Below are positions 60,800-64,000 of a stretch of 64,000 nt of DNA, one piece after another. The number at the start of each line of letters is the position of its first letter. The stretch's first letter is position 1. The notes below the pieces were generated by a model, which did no database searches, was not told the DNA's origin, and worked only from the letters and a program-made list of their open reading frames with translations. Position numbers and translations under genes: made by a program. The DNA is from Glaucostegus cemiculus (taxonomy: Eukaryota): positions 20,398,001 through 20,462,000 of the forward strand of contig CDPCPM010000050.1 of NCBI GenBank assembly GCA_976551045.1. The letters run 5' to 3'.

Positions 60800-61330
60800 G
60801 GGCTGCTCCTGCAACAGAGTTGATCACCGCCAATTCATCATGTGGAGGCCTTCCCAGACACACTGGAGAGAAGTGTGTCCTTCACCCCTACCCATCTCCT
60901 GAATCTTTCTCCACCTCAATGACAGCTCTTTCTTCCACTGTACTGTAGCTAATGTGAGGAGAATCCTTCAGGTCTTGACTTGGTTCCAGGTGGTCAGATG
61001 ACTATGTTACAACACTTGTGAGCTCCAGTAGTGACGTCTTGATAATACACAAGTTGTGTTATCATCACCATTGTGTTTCTGTTCATGTATTTCTACCCAT
61101 ACAAGTGAGTCTGGAGTGGCCGTGAGTGTAACACATGCATATTTACCACATTGAAAGAGGATGAACTCCAATTTCAAGGCATAAGTTTCTTAACTTTCAA
61201 GTAATAAATGGCTTCCCTGGACATCCTACCAGCACCATGTTGCTATGTTGGATTGACTACCTATCTGGTGCTCTTCAGACCTGTCTACGTCTTCCTGTAT
61301 TTCACAGCTGCACTTCATAGCATTGGTCCT
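60800..61330 (+). mobile_element. Possible decayed PIF/Harbinger transposase relic
   Basis: Motif-like fragments in Harbinger order across frameshifts: GGLPRHTG (60844), ILQVLTWF/PGGQ/DYV (60963), IDYLSGALQ (61252), AALHSIG (61307). Compare AGFPxVxG, ARFPGSxHD, LDRSGGALQ, CxLHN. Confidence 0.4.
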
Positions 61331-62414
61331 ACACCCCTGTAAGTAAGCTGTAAATTTCGATGCCAAACTATCAGTTCTTGAGTCTAAATAATTTATTGAT
61401 ACTTAACAGTTGCATTTTTGAGTTTCAGTGGGATCCCTCCAGAATTTTAGGACCAGAGTGGATTTGAGCCATTGAGAAGAGGAAGATCCCACTTCAGAGT
61501 GTGTGCGTTGGCTGATCAAAATAGTAGAGTGTCAAAGTCACAAGGAAAAGGATGTTAGATGATAAAATGGTGAAAGACCCACCTCAGGCAATCTGAGGTG
61601 CCAACTAATTACAGGCCCTGGCACTGATCACAATCTGCTACAGCAAAACTGGGCTTCTGTCACTTTGAGCTGTTCAACACCAGGATTCCTGCCTTTAATC
61701 TACCCTCCATGTCCAATATGTAACACATTCCCCAGACTGTAAAATTCCAGTTAGTGCCTTTGCTATCCTGGAGGCAGTTGGATGTCCCATTTTCATTACA
61801 CTAAGAAAAATTCAAACAGTTGTTCTAAAATTCAGGGTGCGTCTTGAGCTTGGGGACTTTCCATTTAGATGCAGGATGTACCTGTATCTGCCTGGAAGAC
61901 ACTTGCACAGATTCTGCATTTTGCAGCATTGAATGAGAGCTTTTTAAGCTGCCTCTAGGCAGCTCCTACAGTTGGTTTACATAACCATGGATCAACACTC
62001 AGCATAAATACTCATTTCCTGATTTTTTTGAAGATATCAGTAGAGACAAGAATTAAATTTTGCTAATTAACCCTTTGAAGACAGTTCATCTTCCTTATAT
62101 TTTTGAAAACCTAAGGGTAAAATGTCTGTTGACAAGAAAAGAAAATAATCTGAGTGGAATTGTGTAATGGCCAGGCAGCGGATCAGGCCTGAGTTTAAGA
62201 AGCATTGGTATGTGGTGCTTTCTCTCAGCTGAGAAATAGTAAATCAGTCGCTGATTTTGCTGCCCCTGACAAATAGTCACTACAAATATAATTGGCCAAA
62301 TAATCTCTTTGCCATGTGTCCCATAAACCTTTCGAGTTGTAAGCTTCCTACTTCTATTCATTATCTAGAGACACACCTTGTAGTTATTCAATATAAGAGT
62401 GCGTAATTTTTCAT

Positions 62415-63160
62415 GTCATTTATTGCATCTGGTGCTCCCGGTGCGGCCTCCTCTACATTGATGAGACCCGACACAGATCGGGAGATCACTTCGCTGAGCA
62501 CCTTCGCTCCGTTTGCCGCAAAAGCAAGGATCTCCCGGCAGCCACCGATTTTAATTCTGATTCCCGTTCCCACACTGCCATGTTTATCCACGGTGTCCTC
62601 TGCTGCCACAGAGAGGCCAGACACAGGCTGGATGAGCAACACCTCATATTCCGTATTGGTAGTCTCCAACCTGACGGCATCAACATCGATTTTTCTAACT
62701 TCCAGTAACCACTCCCTTCTGTCTCCTTCCTCCCTCTTTGTTTTTCTTTTTCCTATGGCCCCTTCACCCCTTCTCTTTCCCTCATCCCACCCTCACGTCG
62801 TGCCCACCTCCTTCCCTTTATTCCATGGTCCACTGTCCACTCTTATCATCCTTCTTCTTCAGCCGTTTGCCTCTTCCACCTATGACCCCACCAGCTTCTC
62901 ACGTCATTCCCTTTTACTCTCCCTCACTCACCTACCTACCTTCCCCCCTCACCTGGACTCACCTGTCACCCACCAGCACATGCCCCTCCCCCTCCCCTTA
63001 CCTTTTTATTCTGGCTTCTGCCCTCTTCCTTTCCAGTCCTGATGAAGCGTCAACTGTCCATTTCCCTCCATGGATGCTGCCTGACTTGCTGAGTTCCACC
63101 AGCATTTTGTGTGTGTTGCTCCATACTTCCAGCACCTGAAGCCTCTTTTGTGTCTCTGTA
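62415..63160 (+). mobile_element. Penelope-like retroelement 3' portion: GIY-YIG endonuclease domain plus terminal (pLTR) region
   Basis: Hand translation of 62415-62708 is stop-free: VIYCIWCSRCGLLYIDETRHRSGDHFAEHLRSV...HRLDEQHLIFRIGSLQPDGINIDFSNFQ*, the Penelope GIY-YIG signature. A pyrimidine-rich tract and the cagtcctgatgaag...gatgctgcctgac end follow. Confidence 0.88.
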
Positions 63161-64000
63161 ACCAAAGATTTTCCTTTTTCCTGCCTGAAGTGGTGACTCA
63201 CGTGGCAAAACCATTCCATAGATGGGGGACACCACCTGGTGTCTTGTCAAAGTAGTTACTGCATTACACTTCACCCTGTGGATGTCACAGCTGAGCCTAT
63301 TCTGTGACTACTGCATGTTGACATACACATATCATATTAGGGCAGCATGCAGAACTGGCAATCTGCAAATCCATTGATTTCATGCCTGGTGAATCAGATG
63401 AAAGTGACTCCCAGTGAAGGACTGGGCAACAACTAGTCAACTCCTAAAGTAAATCCCCAGACTGAGCCTGACTCTCACTGGATGACCACAGCTGGCTGCA
63501 TCCTGGCTGGCAGGATTCCTAACAGTTACAAGCCCTGGTGATGTCTTTTGCAATCAATCCTTGCTTTAGCAAACTTACAAAATGAGCACAGAGCATGCCA
63601 GTACAATGCAAGCTAAGATGAGGCCACAATGCCACCACTGGAAATCAAATATTTTGAAAACATAACCATTATTGTGGTAGTGGAAGCCAGATTTGATTTT
63701 TTTGTTCCGAAACTTCATTAAGCATTAGACTCTTCTTGTCTAATACTTAATGAATCTAAAGGTTTTATGCATGGAATGGATTTAAGTGATACAGTTGTGA
63801 TACAAATCTTGTTTCATTTAAATCTGTCCATTAAAGTTCAGACTTAATTCCTTTCAACTTCCATTTGCTGAAATATTTGCCTTTGAATTCCTGATACATT
63901 AAAGTCTTATAAGGATTTTACTTGTCACCCTTTCTCCTAGTTGTCCTCCTGTTATTAATCATTTGTACATATACATTAGATGAACAGAAGCAGCACCAGA

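Noticed and set aside
62413-63139. 209-aa and 133-aa Ser/Pro/Leu-rich ORFs
   Set aside because: Off-frame readings of the Penelope GIY-YIG region and its pyrimidine-rich terminal tract.
53000-64000. A second host gene downstream of SCARF2
   Set aside because: I found no exon with recognisable protein similarity and proper splice signals. Short exons of a neighbouring gene could still have been missed by eye.
1-64000. A novel multi-gene or prokaryote-type system
   Set aside because: The window is explained by one spliced vertebrate gene plus TE and satellite debris. There is no operon-like or horizontally acquired coding block.

Overview
Eukaryotic (vertebrate) genomic DNA, AT-rich and CpG-poor. 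The repeat repertoire (CR1 LINEs, HE1/V-SINE-like and Deu-domain SINEs, Penelope-like elements) points to a cartilaginous fish, probably an elasmobranch. The one protein-coding gene I can support is a + strand SCARF2 (scavenger receptor class F member 2, SREC-II) orthologue. I reconstructed eight coding exons by hand: 3467-3983, 17334-17552, 18785-18913, 31581-31684, 37264-37381, 40822-40946, 49591-49743 and 50428-51659. All introns are GT-AG, all phases are compatible, and the 2597 coding nt give about 864 codons: EGF/laminin-EGF-like repeats, one TM helix and a long Ser/Pro/Lys-rich cytoplasmic tail. The 5' exons (signal peptide) lie upstream of the window, and a likely poly(A) site is at about 52.85-52.92 kb. 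The rest is intron or intergenic DNA filled with decayed retroelements, a solo LTR, possible Harbinger relics and mini/microsatellites. I found no convincing new multi-gene system. The best leads are (1) a fully pairable 35-bp hairpin in a SCARF2 intron built from two inverted Penelope-derived ends, (2) a dispersed family of Penelope-derived ends with decayed minimal hammerhead-ribozyme cores, (3) SINE/LINE tail partnerships visible inside the window and (4) a one-residue-short EGF linker in SCARF2. TE boundaries are approximate and family names come from recognition, not database searches.
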